DNA of 64,000 bases from Chrysomallon squamiferum (lineage: Eukaryota > Animalia > Mollusca): assembly GCA_012295275.1 (NCBI GenBank), contig CM022679.1, positions 18,476,001-18,540,000 of the forward strand. The letters run 5' to 3'. The first letter of the stretch is position 1. Every line of letters starts with the position of its first letter. The translations under genes were made by a program, and so were the position numbers. A model generated the notes under the pieces. It saw nothing but the letters and a program-made list of their open reading frames with translations, was not told where the DNA came from and ran no database searches. This document shows, piece by piece, positions 29,878-45,337 of the stretch.

Positions 29878-30663
29878 TTGTTGAAATATTACGATAACCA
29901 TATATATATATATATATATTTTTTTTTTTTCCCTCCATTCCAGTTATAAGTATCTTCAGATATATTTTATTAATATCGTTAACGATCATATTGTTGGGGT
30001 CACATACCGTTCAATCTGGAGGTGCATTTTGTTAAGTGCGCCATCATCAGTCATGTTTAAGTATAAGAATTGTCTCTTTGTAATCCGATTATGACAACGA
30101 TTATGGTCGCTTTCAAAACAGCCAAAATGGTCGAAAATAGTATAAATTGTGAAATTGGAACCTGAATTGTATCTGAGTGTTGTTATTTAATTTTTATAAA
30201 GCGTACAAAATGCCAGCGTTTTTCTATATAATTAAAAGAAAAGAATTTAATAATTCTACGACAAATGTTTAAGGGATGAAATTTGTTAGATAGCAAGTAT
30301 TTTGCTACCACCATTATTCTTCAGACGTGCTTTTCCAGCACGTAGAACCATGTCGTCAGTAATGAGATTACCAACACGTTATCAGGTTACATTTCCATAA
30401 TAATTAATTCCTGCACCAGGTAAGATATATGCAAATGCTCTTTATTATTACAATTTATTATTAATATTGTTGTTGTCGTCGTAATCATTGTTGTTAATGA
30501 TTCTTTCTTGCTCACTTTCATTCAGAGCTTCGCTTCTACATGTTAATATTACCGGCATAAGATTAATAAATTAATGTTTTGTATAACTAGAAATACATTG
30601 CTAACTAAAAATTTTAAAAGATGAGAAAAGAAATAATGTCAAAATAATATATATATAAACCTT

Positions 30664-31647
30664 TGTTCATAAATTCTCATTAATAAACACATAATCCAAT
30701 AAAAAAATTAAAAACCTCTCTCTCTCTCTCATTTGTTTTTCATTTCCCTTTCTCTTCTACCATCCTTTCCTTTCTCTTCTTGTCTATGCTTCTATCTTTC
30801 TTTTATTGTCCAATACATATTGCAGAGTAACATATATTATTATTATTATATTATTATAGTATTATTATAAAAATAAATAAATAATTATCAACACCACTAA
30901 AATAAAATATTTTGAGTCATCGTTAAACAAACCCATTACTTCTGTTACATTAACAGGAAATTTTTATTTATTCCAGTCTAGACATTCATTTGCATACTGC
31001 AGTGTTACAAGCTTACTTGTCGGTGTTAATTTAGAAACAATTTCATTAACATTACTGTGACATTATGCCTTCGGGCCTTGTCTCCACTGTTGTATTTATG
31101 AAATGATTAAGTAATATTAGGTTTTGTACCTAAGATTTTGTAAGTAATATTAGCAATATCACAAAACGAATTGATATATATGAATACTATTTCCTTCCGT
31201 ATAATTACATAATGCTGTAAATTTTTAAAATAATGTTATTAAATTTAATACTTTACTATACATCTTTCAGTGGTAATCATTGAGTAATACTTTACATACA
31301 TATACACATATACACATACACAGACACACACACAGACACACATACACATATATATATATCCATACACATACATATATACATTTTTCGTATTTTATTGCCA
31401 ACTAACAATTTTAAATATGAAAAAAGAAAAGTTGTCAAAATAATACATATATATATATATATATATATATATGTTCATAAATCCTCACTTAATAATTACA
31501 TATTCAAAAAATGAATAAATAAAAATATTAATAATAATTCTCTCTCTCTCTCATTTGTTTCTTTCTTTTCTACCATCCTTTCCTTTCTCTTCTTGTCTCT
31601 GCTTCTCTATTTTTCATTTATTGTCCAATTCATATTGCAAAGTAACA

Positions 31648-31650
<3 letters not shown>
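30664..31650. repeat. Local ~180-bp direct duplication (30664-30840 and 31472-31650)
   Basis: Shared TGTTCATAAAT...CTCTCTCTCATTTGTTT...CTACCATCCTTTCCTTTCTCTTCTTGTCT...ATTGTCCAAT.CATATTGCA.AGTAACATAT. Confidence 0.8.
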
Positions 31651-31702
<52 letters not shown>

Positions 31703-31949
31703 ATTTTTCTGTTATTCGGTCCATACCCTATGCAAGGTTAGATTCAGGCACCCCCAGGAAAATACCAGTTTTTATACACAAAAAAAAAAAAAAAAAAAAA
31801 AAAAATCAACATTTCAATGCAGATCAAGGGTAATTTAAAAATAAATAAATAAATGAATAAATGAATAAAATTACCCCTCTGTGCTCAAATACCACTTTTT
31901 GATACTAGTTTATTTGCAGAATTAAGTCAAAAATAAACAAACATAAAAA

Positions 31950-34400
31950 TATACATAAGTGACGAAATAACAACGTAATGGACTGTTGAACAGACACTCA
32001 GTACTAATACACCTGAAACAAAATCTGGCTGATGGATAAATGCAGCCAACTAGTCTCTCTTACACTGTAGAGTGAATGTAAGATTTTATAAGCTTGATCT
32101 TTGAGAAATTAGGCTCACCACTGATACTGCAAGTCTGACAAGGATCCACAGTGCAATAACAACATTAGGGTAATTATCCAAAAGTTTTTGCTGGAGTGTG
32201 AAAATAAGTACTTCTTTTGGTGTCATAGACTTTGGTAGTCTTCGAGCTATGGCTAAAAGTTTACAGCACAGATCCTCCACATCAATATCTTTGTTTCCAT
32301 AAAACATCATAGATTTTTTCCAGATTCTTGTAGCCCTTAAGTATATCATCAGTAGATTTATCCTTTACATTGTATATATTATGCAGAAAGTCAAAGAGTG
32401 AATTATATGTTGCAGCTGCAGGAATCTCTCATCAGTAGATTGTATGGCCATGTCTAAACATGCACTGTAAAAACTTACTTTAAATTTCTGTTTTGGAATT
32501 TCAGTAGCATCTGCCAACACTTTTTGAAATCTCTCTTCAGACTTGCAGTCCACAAGATATTTCTAAGTTGTTTGCAGCTGTTTTGTAGCTGCATGTAAAT
32601 CAGCTTCCTGACTTTGTAATAGCCTTGCTTGTAAGGTTAACTTCAAACATGAAGTTGTACCATGTAAGGAGTGATACTACAAATTTGAACTTGCTGATTG
32701 CACCAGCAAGGGCTTGACTTCATCTCGAAACTTATTGCCAGAGGGACCTGTTAAGCTTGTATCATTAAATATCTGCATCAGAGTATCATATATATCACCA
32801 AGACGATATTTGAGTTGATTCAGAGATTCTATCTGATCCTCCAATATGTTTCAGACAATGGGTTAACAGTTATACCCAAGTCTGATATATAACTGTTAGA
32901 ATTTGTCAACACTTAGTTGATTAAGAGAAGTTGGTATAGACTTGTCAAACAATATTGAAAAAATAGTTGCTTCAAGACAACACCTAGTGGCATCATTGAC
33001 TACCGAGTTTAAAGAGTGTATGCAGAACACAAAAAAAAAAGCACTTCGGTTTATGTCTAGGATCCTCTTTCATACACTATTTTCTTTGCCTATCATTTTA
33101 CATCCATTATCATAACTTTGACCATGCATATTTTCAGTTGATAATCAATCCACTTTGCCAAATCTGTTCAAGAAGAGTTTCTGCTATAAAGGCGCTGTAG
33201 TTTCGTTGAGTGGAACAAATCCCAGGAAATATTCTTGAATGAAGGCTTCAGGCTCAGGTATTCCATTATCTGATGTTCTGATTATATCAACAAAACAGAC
33301 ACTCATTTATTGTCATTTGCTCAAAATGACCTATGTCAGGTGTGCAATTATGGAATAGTATTTAGCTCAGTTTAAACAAGTTAAGATTAATTTTTTTCAT
33401 AGCATTTGCTAGAAGCTGTATGAGCTCATTTTGGATATCTTTTCCAAGACAGTGAACCAGTGTTTTGTAATTCTTAACTCTACACAAATGTTCATTATGA
33501 TAGATCAAAAAAGTTTAGTTGTTCCCAAAATTCCTTTTACCAGGGCCTACAACTTTTCATTTCTACTATGGAATGCCAAGTTTTGCATGTCGGTAACATT
33601 CCTCTTGCCTAATTTTCTGTTGGTCGATATCATCAGTTGTTTTCCCTTTAGCTAAGCACAGTTCACGTTTATGCCAGGAGTGATAAGTTTTCTAAATGGT
33701 CAGCAATCCTCTCAGGTGAAGAAAGAATTTTCTTCCATTCTTTTGAATCTGTTTGTTGGAGAGATGATGCACCATATTACCAGGTCTTATAGCAAAAGCA
33801 CATTAAAGGCAAATACAGCAGCCAAAATCATCGATTTGGCCTTTGGTGTCACTCCACCCAAAATGTGATTTCTGCAGAAATAACATTTTTAAAGCCTTAT
33901 CTTTCAACAAAATATTCATTTACAGCAGAATTGCACTTGTAATATTTTTAAAACATTTATTTATGGGATTTCAAGAGGCAAGATTTTTTGTCATGAACAT
34001 TTAAATACCCCACACAGACCATTTCTTTCCTTATTTATACCACTGAAATAAGGAGTTACCACCATCAATTTGGTTTCTGCAGCAAACTGAAGGTTTTGTA
34101 TATGCATGAATCTACAGACAAACTCATGGCCTATAAAAACATGCTAACATAATTACATCCTGAAAGTTTCGGATATGTGCAATTTCACTCATTCATTTTG
34201 GTTGTTCCGGTCAGCCTGTTGTTTGGATCAGACAGAATCTACTCATTTATTTGTCCCTGTATGAAATAAACCAGGATAAAAAATGACCCTCAATAAAACT
34301 GTAATTTATCTCTACCCAGTGAATAAACAGGTACTGTTTTTGTTTAAGTAACAGTTGTCTCTTTACCTTTCTTCCTGTGTAGGCCCAATTTAACTCCAGT
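31950..34400 (-). mobile_element. hAT (ZMYM1/DUF4371-like) transposase relic
   Basis: Minus-strand fragments CTPDIGHFEQM, NMHGQSYDNGCKMIGKENSV*KRILDIN, NPLSETYW, FKVSFYSACLDMAIQSTDERF, YPNVVIALWILVRLAVSVVS with stops and frameshifts. Boundaries approximate. Confidence 0.88.
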
Positions 34401-35358
34401 CAGAACTGATACATTGTTAACCTAGTCTCATAAAGGTAATTCCCTTTTATGAAAAAAAAAAAAAAAAAATTAATAATAATAATACAAAATACAAAATAAA
34501 AATCACAAAAGAACAACTATTATGAGTTTATCTAGAGGTTTTTATTTATATAATTTTTTTTTTTTCTTTCATTGAAAATATAATAAGCAACATTTGACAA
34601 ATGCAGATTTTTGTTCTGTAGAGTTTTGTATTACGAATACATCATCTATATACAGAAGACCATTTCTTACATAAAAAGCTTTCTTGCTTTCTCCTTTCAT
34701 ATATTTTAAAATTTATGAAATATACCACTTTTATTTTTTTATTATTATTTTTTTTTTTAATGAACAAGCTTCTTAACTGTTTTGATTACTTTTGAGATCT
34801 GTTTTAACATATTTCTGTTAAGTTTTTATAAAGACATCCAATTATTTCTGCTAATTATAAATTTTCAAATTATAGATAGTTTAATATTTTTGTAAAAATA
34901 TAAAATTAAATTACAAATTGTCATAATAAAAATAGTGTACATATGTTAATTTGATTTTATCACTAGAATTAAACCAATTATTTGTACGTTCTGATCAGCT
35001 GAATTACATTGCATTCTCAGATTTTACCAGTATATTTTCAGTTATCATATTGATTGACAATTTGAGCACATCTAAATAAACAAACAGTGTATCTAGAAAA
35101 TATGTATTTATGTAAGAAAAAAATAATGATAAAAATAAAATAACACAATTCTAATTTCTTACAATTTAAGAAGCTAATGTTCTTGAATAAAATTGCCTGT
35201 AATTCTAAGTCTCTGAATTAAAATTTATTATACTTTAGCTAAGCATAAAGAGGTATGTACCTATCAAAATATGGCATGATTTTTGAAGAATTGTACTATT
35301 AATATGAATTGTCTATCAGTCAAATTTATTTATAATTTTGCTTACAGTTAACTCCAAG

Positions 35359-35423
35359 ATGTCAGCAATGCGTGTGTTGGTAATATGTTTTACAGGCATG
35401 GGTAAGTATTTTAAATAATAATG

Positions 35424-35460
<37 letters not shown>

Positions 35461-38400
35461 CTTGACCAGAATAAAATATTATTAAAATAAATAAGTGCAC
35501 CAGTAAAATTTATATCAGATAATTTTTTTCTCTACCCTGATAATTTCATGTTAAGCTTTTATTAACACTTAAATTCTCATTAGACCTCTTTAATTATATA
35601 ATTTTTAATTGAAATATTATTTCTCTTTTTAGATAATTGTTGAAAATGACTGTCACTTGTATATAATTCTAAGGAACAATAATCTTGATATTTCTTGACT
35701 AATGTGCTGTACTTAAGATATGTTCAGCTGCTGTGATAAATATAATCATTGATGCTTACATTCAAGACTTTAGAATTAAAGAGTACCTGTGAAGAGATCA
35801 ATAATAGCTTAAATACCTTGTCAATACCAACATTTTACTTTTGCATTTGTGTCTGACAAACAGTTGCTGCAAATAAAACAGTATGACAATAAAATATTGC
35901 TATCAAATAATTTCAAGTACACCACCATTTCGTCCTTTTTCAAAATTCTTTGATCAGTTTGGTTCTTGTGTATCCAAAAACACAGAAAATATTAACTGCA
36001 CATTTATGCTTTTTATAAATTTGATTATTGTAAACAATAATTGTAAGTTTATGATCTTATTTTCCATAATTTGCAGTGACACTCATCTCCACATGTTTCT
36101 GCAAAACAACCATGAGTAGTACATCTGATTCTAACTTAACAACATCAGAAAAATCAACCTATGATTTTGTCAGTGAAGATATGCAAAGCGATAATTTCAC
36201 CATTTCATCAAATTGTATTAATATATCCACATCAACAATTCACACCATTAATGTAGAAACCTCAACTAAACATTCTGTATTAGATGAAAAATACGAAAGT
36301 AGAAATCCTTCAATTATAAAAACATTTCTCTTTTCTAGAAAGCCCAATGTAACAGACACTTTAACTGAAAACTTAATACTGACTGTTTTAAACACATCTG
36401 CACCAACTGCCACTTTCACAGAAGCACCTGTTAGAACAAGTAACATTCTTTTATCTGCTACAATCAGTAATACTAAGGGTACATCTGGCATAAGCCATAA
36501 TACATTTAGAATATCAACAAAAAGAAATAATTTAATCAAATGGAATGTGACTTCCTTTATCAGAACAATACCACCGACAAAAACCAGTGTCTTCAGTCTA
36601 TCTACAATGACTGAACAATTCATCAATATGAGTGCACCAGTTACTAAGACACAGTCTACCATAAATGTCAGTGATATATCACAAATGACAAGAAATGTTA
36701 TTAACTCATCGAAGAAAACTTTAAATCCCATCCCAGTGGAAGTGTCAACAAAATATTTCATCAGTATATTTAAATCTAAAAGAAATTCCCTTAATCCAGA
36801 TATAACTAAAGATTCCATAACAACTGAAACATTTATTACAAATTTTAAAAGAACTGAACATCCTCCAAATAAAATTTACAATGTTTCATCAACCATTTTT
36901 GATTCATCAACGTCATCAGAAAATAACTTTACTTTAAATACAAAATCTAATGAAAGAGCATCAAAAACAAATCCTATTAATATGTCTCTATTGAACTCGG
37001 AGATAATGAGTTCAGTCACAGCAACAAAACACTCCATTAGTAAAACAAAATCAACAACAAAATTTAAACTGAGTAGCTCCATCAATAGTTCATACACAGC
37101 AATTACAGAACCCAGTACCAACACAGTAACAAATATTGAGTCTTCAAGTACAGCTATGTTTAGAAAGTTTTCATTTGTCACATATGCAGCAACCACAAAA
37201 TATAAAATGAAACAAACAAACAAAAATATAGAGGTATCAACTAGTATAGAGGTATCAACCATGACTCCAACCAGTACTGGTCCTTCCAGAATTAAACAAA
37301 ACAGTACAGTTTCATTGGTGACTAGTACTAAAAGCGCATCAACATTTATCTCTATTCTAATTAGTACTGTAGCTCATAGAACTGTGTATAACATTACTGC
37401 AAAAGTGAATAATGCCAGTAGATCTACCATAATTCCAACAACTGCAAGAATTAGTAATACTATTCCAAAACAGGTAACTGAAACTTTATATATTACAACC
37501 ATGCCTGCTAATATTCTTCATAAAACAGTTCATCATTTTACATCACACAACATAAATACTCTATTTACAGTTCCAAACAGCACAGATGTACATGAAACTA
37601 TTACAGATGTCATGAATGAGATTTCTACCAACATCAACAGTAAAACTGAACATAATAATAGTTCAACATTAAGCTTTGTTCAGTATAGAATGAATAGTTT
37701 TAACACAACTGTTACTAATCACAATAAAAGAGTATCACATAACAAAACATTATTAACATCTTTGAATAGTTCTCTACAAACTATTCCAAATCACACTACT
37801 CTATCAACCAGTACTGCAGGTACAAGAAAATCAGAAACTCATACTTCAAGTAAAATGATCATGAATACCATTACACTCAACAACAGTGGACCAAGACAAA
37901 CAACCTTTGCAAATGAGAAGACATTCAAAGGCAGCCAGAAAAATGTACTAACATCAAGTGAAACAATTTCTAGATCATCTGAGACATTTGGGTTAGTGCC
38001 AACCACAAAATCATTACTGCTCAGTACAGACAGTCTAAAGAAATCAACAGAAACAGAGATGGTTAGTTTTGCTTTTTCCTTATTGTTATCAATGAAAATT
38101 GCTTTTATTTTTAATCTTAATCCATGCATCGTAACTGAATATAAATGGTCAAAAATAAGGCAATTTCCTTAAGAGCCTATGCATAGGATGTATTTGAGAA
38201 CACATGCATAGTTTGCATATATATGTGAACATATACACACATTCAGCATACATACATACAGCATTCATAAGTGCATGCATATATACATATGAATACATAT
38301 ATATATATATAAATATAAACATCCATACATATATACATATATATTATATGCATGTACATTCATAACATTGAAAATGTATTTACTACTGTTATCATTAAAG

Positions 38401-39303
38401 CCTAATAATCAGGAAACAAAAACCACATCAAAATCAGCTTTTGAACATTTTATATCCAGCAAGATTAAAAAATATAAAACATAATTAAAATGCCCTAATT
38501 ATCTTAAAATAAGAAACTACAGCTGTGTACATTAGATTCAGCAAATATTTATTTATTTATTACAAACATGGTAGACAATGTTTACCAAAGTATAAAAATT
38601 GTGATAATAATAATAATTCAGTATATACATGTATATGAATATGATCATTCGAAAGTATCTTATTATCTTTATTGTTTATAAATTTTGTTTTTAATCTGAA
38701 TTTGAGGTATGGATTAGTTCCATTTGACAAAATAACAAAAGTGCAAAATACTTTCAAGAATATTAAAAAAGAAAGAAAATAAACATAAGACAAACACACA
38801 CAGACACATACACAAACAAATGTATTTAATGAAATTGTTAATTTTGTTTGTTTAAAATTAATTTAATCTCTAGGTCAATATGTGTTTCAACTTCACTTGC
38901 AATGATGAAAACTGTATTGGGAAAGCGAAATACTCCAACAGTTGTCCTATGACAAAATATGGATCATGCAGGGTAAGCAAAACACGGAATGAGTGAATGT
39001 TGGTGGGCATGGTTGCATAGTGTGTGTAAGAGAGAGAGAGTGAGAGATAATCTAATGTAATATTATTATTATTTCTAGCTACAGCGGCTCACTAACAGAA
39101 GTGTTATTATATATATTGGTGGATGCATTGATAAAGACTGTACATATGAAGAAATAAGCACTAGAGGTGAAACTATATCCAGCAACTGTTGCAGAGGACC
39201 ATTCTGCAACAATGATATTCTGTTACTGAAAAATACTGCCACCAAAATTGCAGGCTTTATTGTGTTTTTTTTCAGTTCTTATGCAATTATGTGGTGCTCT
39301 TGA
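35359..39303 (+). CDS. Secreted/GPI-type protein: ~650-aa Ser/Thr-rich mucin-like region plus C-terminal Ly6/uPAR (three-finger) domain, 783 aa
   Basis: Exons 35359-35401, 36077-38061, 38874-38972, 39079-39303, phases consistent. Signal peptide MSAMRVLVICFTGMVTLISTCFC; 10-Cys domain VNMCFNFTCNDENC...SCPMTKYGSC...GGCIDKDC...NCCRGPFCN; hydrophobic tail IAGFIVFFFSSYAIMWCS. A possible non-coding exon ends at 30419 (CAG|GTAAG). Confidence 0.85.
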
Positions 39304-40337
39304 AATCTGTTAATTGATCAACAGTTCTTTTCATTATATAAGAGGAATCGGTACTGTGTGTTATGTACTTAGAATATAAAGCCATTATTTCTAATATTAG
39401 GCTGGAGAGAGAGAAAAGTATAAAAAAATAAGATAAAATAAAATAAATAAAAATTCTATAGAGAAGAAAGAAGGAAATAATTATTGTTTCTGACAAGCAA
39501 CAAATGAAAGGAAAAATTATAAGAGATTTACCAGATGATCTTTGTCTACAGTTCATTCAATGGCCTATACAGACAATGGTAACCACCAACTAAGCATTTT
39601 CAGTACTGTGGTCACATTACTGAATGTCCTGAACTCCAAAGGAAAATGTTAATGAAAATCAAGCAGAATTCGATGCTTCCTGGGCATGTGTGTAATTTAT
39701 ATTATACCGATTTTAATAAAGATGATAACTATGATAACATTGATGATCATGAATATAATAATGGCAGCCTAAACTGATGATTGCTTTACATATAACAAGT
39801 TCAATTAATGAATTTCATTTGACATTATGGAATTTCTGACAATTTAACTATGAACAGTCAATTGCTGTCAACAATAGAAATAAAGGAATTAATTCTTTTC
39901 TTCTCAGTTCTTCTTTCTTCCTCTTCTTTATATGCAATTACAATTATCTATTTGATATATTATTTCTTGAATTAAGAAGCATTTTGCAAATAAAACAGTA
40001 GATGCATCAAACTATCCATACTAATTTCTAAATATCAGACAGAAACATTATCTTAGATTTTTGTATGTATATAAAAAAAAAAATGACTACCATTTTCTAA
40101 GGTTAATCATACTCTTCTTTAACTTTTAGAAAAAAAAAAAAAAAAAATCAGGTTGAATGTTAGTATTTCAGGGAAATCTTTAATTTTCAATAAAATGATT
40201 AAATAAATTAGTAGTCACTGACTTGCATTAATCTGGGAATTTTGCTGCTTTTAAATTCAGTTCATTTTAAAAAATAAAGAAATTACAAAAATAAAAAGTG
40301 TATGACAAGTAATATTATTATAATTAGGGTTGTATTT

Positions 40338-40390
<53 letters not shown>

Positions 40391-41210
40391 CTGATGGATG
40401 TAAAATAAACAAAAAAGATTTTAAAAATTACTAAATTTTTTTATTGTTTAGATTTACTTATTATTTAGCTTCTGTATGAAAATTTAAAAAGTACTCTTCA
40501 TTTAAAAAATACACGCATACATAATACTTGTACTGAAACATTTATCTGGCATGCATGAGGTGGTCTGGATTTCTGGATGAAGGGTAAATATATACTTAAA
40601 ATAAAAAATAAGAAAGAAAGAAACTGTATTTAAGAGGTACCAAAAAATCAATCCACTCTTAAAGGAGGGTCTGTTGATATTTATTAATATATTAAAATTA
40701 TTAAAATACCTTGGTTGAATACCAGGTATAATAAACAGGATAAAAATTAAATGACAGTAAGAAAGAACATATTTTTTATTTAAAAGATAGAGGTACAAAT
40801 TAATACACTTCTTAATACAGTTAAATTTATTACATATTTAAATTGGATGAAAAAATTCATGAAAAATAAAAAATGAAGAGCAAAATGTTGTTTAACAGTC
40901 ACACCTTTGTACCTGTGTATAATAATCACTTGCTGTGATAGGATCACCTTTACACACGACAGTCTGACTTAAACTGGCATTGTTCAACACCTATGGAAAC
41001 CAAAACATTTGCTGCCAAGCAGTGAGCTACAGCATACAAAAGTCAATTTAAGAACTAATTAGCCAGTTTTCAAGACTTTTCTTTATTTCAGAAAGCTGCA
41101 TAAATGATTTGATACCTATATAATTCATTTTTGCAGCTTTGAATACTCAACATTAAAGTAGTTTTTATTTAATCAAAATACAAGGCAAAGCAATTTTAAA
41201 AGTTATAGCT

Positions 41211-41743
41211 TTATATTTCATTTAATTTATTTGTCTTTTTCTTTGAAGCATTGTTATAGAAACAGTTTATGAAGAAATCAGATAAACTGGTGGGAAGATA
41301 AGTTCTAAGCCGAGCAAGCATCTGAAAACAAAATACAATCTATTACTAAAACTATGCTTTATCTGCAACTGAAAAATCAAATATTTTTACATTCACAAGT
41401 AAACAATAATAAAATTTAGTATTTGCTTTGCATCAACAAAAATAACCAAAGAATAATTATGAAACATTGCTGTAAACATACTCACGCATTCTATATCAAT
41501 CATAGTAGAATTTCCATAAACAAGAGTCCTTGGGGATGGATACACCAAAGTAACAGCCTCTTCAATGACATTAATAACTGGATCCATCGACTGTTTAGGA
41601 TTTAATTTGGTGGATGTTTTTAACATATCTGTTAACAACTTCTCTTTATGAGCAATTTGTACTTCAGAATTTGTTTGTTCCTTCATTATCTGGAATCCTG
41701 CTCTCTGAAATTAAATAAATTAACTAAAATCCCTCAATCAATC

Positions 41744-41792
<49 letters not shown>

Positions 41793-43529
41793 CATCAGTG
41801 TATTATTTAATTCATGAGAGAAACTGTGTATAACACATGCACATATACAAAATTAAAGCACAATATAATACATTACATTCATTATGGAAGTGGAATTTCC
41901 ATAGCATCCTGGTTCAATAACAATGACTTTTACTCCAAAACGCGTAACTTCTAAACGAAGAGAATCAGAAAATGCTTCAACACCAAATTTGGAAATAGCA
42001 TACGCTGAACGTCCAGGCACAGCAGCCAACCCACGCACACTAGATATATTCACAATTCGGCCTTAAAAAAAATAAATAAATAAATAAAAAAGCAACATTT
42101 TTACTGTTCCTGGCAGTGATCCATGATTACAGAAAAAAGATACCAATGTTAGACTCAGACACATATACCTTTGAATAAATAAATACAGTTAAGGTTGTAT
42201 AACCATTTAAAAGAAAAGTCACATCATATGAATTTTATGTACTTAAAAATACAAAAAACTGGTGTGAGTTTCACACTGATTGCAATTCCAAGTTAGGCTA
42301 TAATCAAAAATTATTTTTAGATATATTTCTATGATATTAAGCATTCATTTGAATATTTAGGTTTACATAATGATAAGAGTTAAAGTTATTAAGTAACTAA
42401 AAAAACATATAAGTAATTAGAATTAATAATTGAGCAAAAACTAATATAAATCCATCAAGTTAGTAATCTAATAAATTGCCAATTCTTATAACAAAATAAA
42501 TTTAATGTATTTTTTAATTTTTTTTACTAAAATCATAGATTAAAAACAAACCTTTAGATTTTTTGATGAGGGGTAAGAAAGTTTTTGTCATTCTTATGAG
42601 ACCAAACAGATTCACTTCACAAATGGACTTATATTCTTCCATTGTAGTAGATTCTGCATCCCCCATTGACAGAATTCCAGCATTGTTTATTAAAGCCCAT
42701 ATATCTGAAAAATAAATACCTAATAATTTTTAAAGATTCATTAACTTTGTTTAATGCATGGATTATTTTAAAATAAGTCTTCAGTTACAGGACTTCCAAA
42801 ACCAAATTTTTAAACTGATCAGTATTTTTGTGGTATTATCTGTCATGCCTCCCTTACAACAGATAATAACCCCAAAGTGTTCCTTTTTCCTTTCCTAGTT
42901 TTAATAATTATTAAATTTGCATTAACATTACACTAACATTACAACATCTATTATTATCTACCTACCTTCTTCTCTACAGTTTTGCTTAACATATTCCAAA
43001 CAACTCAGAACACTGGTTACAGAAGTGACATCAAGATTACAGGTGAAAACATTGGTTTCTGACTGAAGTTGTTTTGCTCCTTCACCACTTTCATAAAGAC
43101 AACAAGCAATGACTTTAAATCCACTGTAGTCAAGTTTTCTGGCTAAAGCATTGCCAAATCCTGAAGATAAAATGTAATGTTTTAATGAAACATCTCATCC
43201 TAAGGACATTGTTCAATTTAGGTTCAAGTGTTATAATTTTTATCAATAATAACATCAGATTAATTAATTTTTCTATTATTTCCTACCTTTTTTTTTTATG
43301 ATTAAAGAATTTGATACCTATCTTTAAATAGCTTACCTGAATCACAACCAGTTATAATTACAGTTCGATTTTCTGGTGATATTTTCTGTGTTTGCTTGAC
43401 AGCAAAGTGAAAAATCCAAATGCAGAGAACAATTAATAATGGCCACATCATCAAATGGAGTAACACGATATAAAATATGTAAAGTGTTAGCAGCACCATT
43501 AAACAGCCAGTAACATAACTGGGCAACAT
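41211..43529 (-). CDS. Membrane-anchored short-chain dehydrogenase/reductase, SDR9C type (BDH1/RDH/17b-HSD6-like), ~351 aa
   Basis: Exons 43529-43337, 43160-42966, 42704-42552, 42061-41877, 41704-41486, 41321-41211, phases consistent. [39 protein letters not shown] (YxxxK), IEPG. Confidence 0.93.
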
Positions 43530-44683
43530 TATTACTTTCCTACTTGTTGATAATAGAAATGTGTTGTTTGTTTAATTTAATATCAAGCTTCTTGAACTTT
43601 TAAATCAAAAGGTTTAAGAAATATTAAATACACTAGTTTTGTCTGTTCCAAAAACATAAAACTTATTTTACATTAAGTAAACACTTTTCCAGATTTGGCC
43701 TAGTTTAAATAACTCGCATTAAATACTTACTTATCAGATTACTTTTACTCAGGCTATAAAAACAAACACCATATGACTGCACAAAAAGATCAAGGATAAT
43801 CATTTGATAACAGTGAAGCATCCATTTTATTCCTAAGGCATAATTAATTGTGACTGGATGAACTATGAGATAGTCATTGAAGATAATTTTTAAAAATTCA
43901 CATAAAATATTCATTTTTTTAAAATAGATTACATGATGACTCAAAAGTACACATTATAATTATTTATATATGTCATTCTATATTATACTAACGAGAGCTT
44001 CACTTACTTCCTATTTTGAAACACAAATGTGTTAAAACACTAATTTTGTACTCCACTGAAGAAGACCATGTAACTATGTTTCTAACTGGTGTTATAAATT
44101 TGAAGTTAATGAACACTGAAAAATATAATAACAAATATTTATTTTAGATGTTATATCCATGTTTGTTTTCTTATTAAAAATTATTTTATATATATATAGG
44201 TACACACTCACACACACAAAGAAATAAAAAAAGGTGACAATTCTAGTTATAATGGACTTATGACTTACTATTATTATTATTATTTTGAATTAATATATAA
44301 AACAAGTACATAACACACAAGAAAAAACTGCTTACTGTCTTAGGTTAGAAGTGCTCCAATACTGTAGAGCTGGATTAGGCCATTTGACTCGAGCAAGATA
44401 AAGATTCACATTTAATGATTTTGTTGTTGCAATGCATGAAACCAAATAGTTCTTAAACAACTGCAATTTATTTCAGATTCTTATTAAAATGAAAACTATT
44501 TTCAAAATTGTCTTTTAAGATATAAACAAGCAATTAAACTTTAAAGAAATAACTTATAATTTATTTAAATGTTAACTGCTTTCACTTCCACTAAACAGTG
44601 AAATTCATCCTTATACTCTCCTTTAGATGACTTGGATGTATATTATTTCACATATAACCTATACTGTTCCAGTGGGATATGAA

Positions 44684-45337
44684 GAAATGGAAAAAATGGC
44701 ACCTTATTTTTTCTGTATAGTTGTTTTAAAAAAATATTAAGTAATATTTTTATATTCAAATGAAACATGCATATTAATATATAGCATCACTGAGCCATTT
44801 AATTTTGCTTAACAAAGTACAGTATTATATCAGATTTTAATATCACACACATATATACATATGCACACACGCACATGTGTATATATATTTATATATATGC
44901 ATGTATATCACACACACACTTACTTGCATACTCGCACACATACACACATATATAATTACACAGATTCATACATATTATACATACATATATATATATATAT
45001 ATGCTAGCACACATACATAAATGCATCAGTACATTCATATATATATATATGTATTTGGGGGGTTGTTTTTGGTTTACATTTGTTTTGTCTGACCATTTAA
45101 TTATGAACTGTCAACAGTTGTTTAAGATGATATTAATTGTGGTTCTATATTATTTTTGACATTAAATCATTATCTCAAATGTGTGCTTTTTATGTGCAGT
45201 TATGAATTGTTTTTGTAAGCAGGACTTCACCTACTAAATGTTAATAAGCAATAAAAAAATAAAAATGAAATGCCATTTCTTCCATGTGCCATCGTTTCCA
45301 AGTGCCATTTTACTGAGTGCCATTTTTTTCCTACACC
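44684..45337. mobile_element. Degenerate non-autonomous DNA element with GGAAAAAATGGCAC subterminal repeats (MULE-like)
   Basis: GGAAAAAATGGCAC near 44689 and repeated inverted GTGCCAT(T)n units ending GTGCCATTTTTTTCCTACACC at 45337. Confidence 0.45.

Noticed and set aside
36240-38129. Hydrophobic minus-strand ORFs (192, 128, 96 aa)
   Set aside because: Antisense shadows of the Thr/Ser-rich mucin exon.
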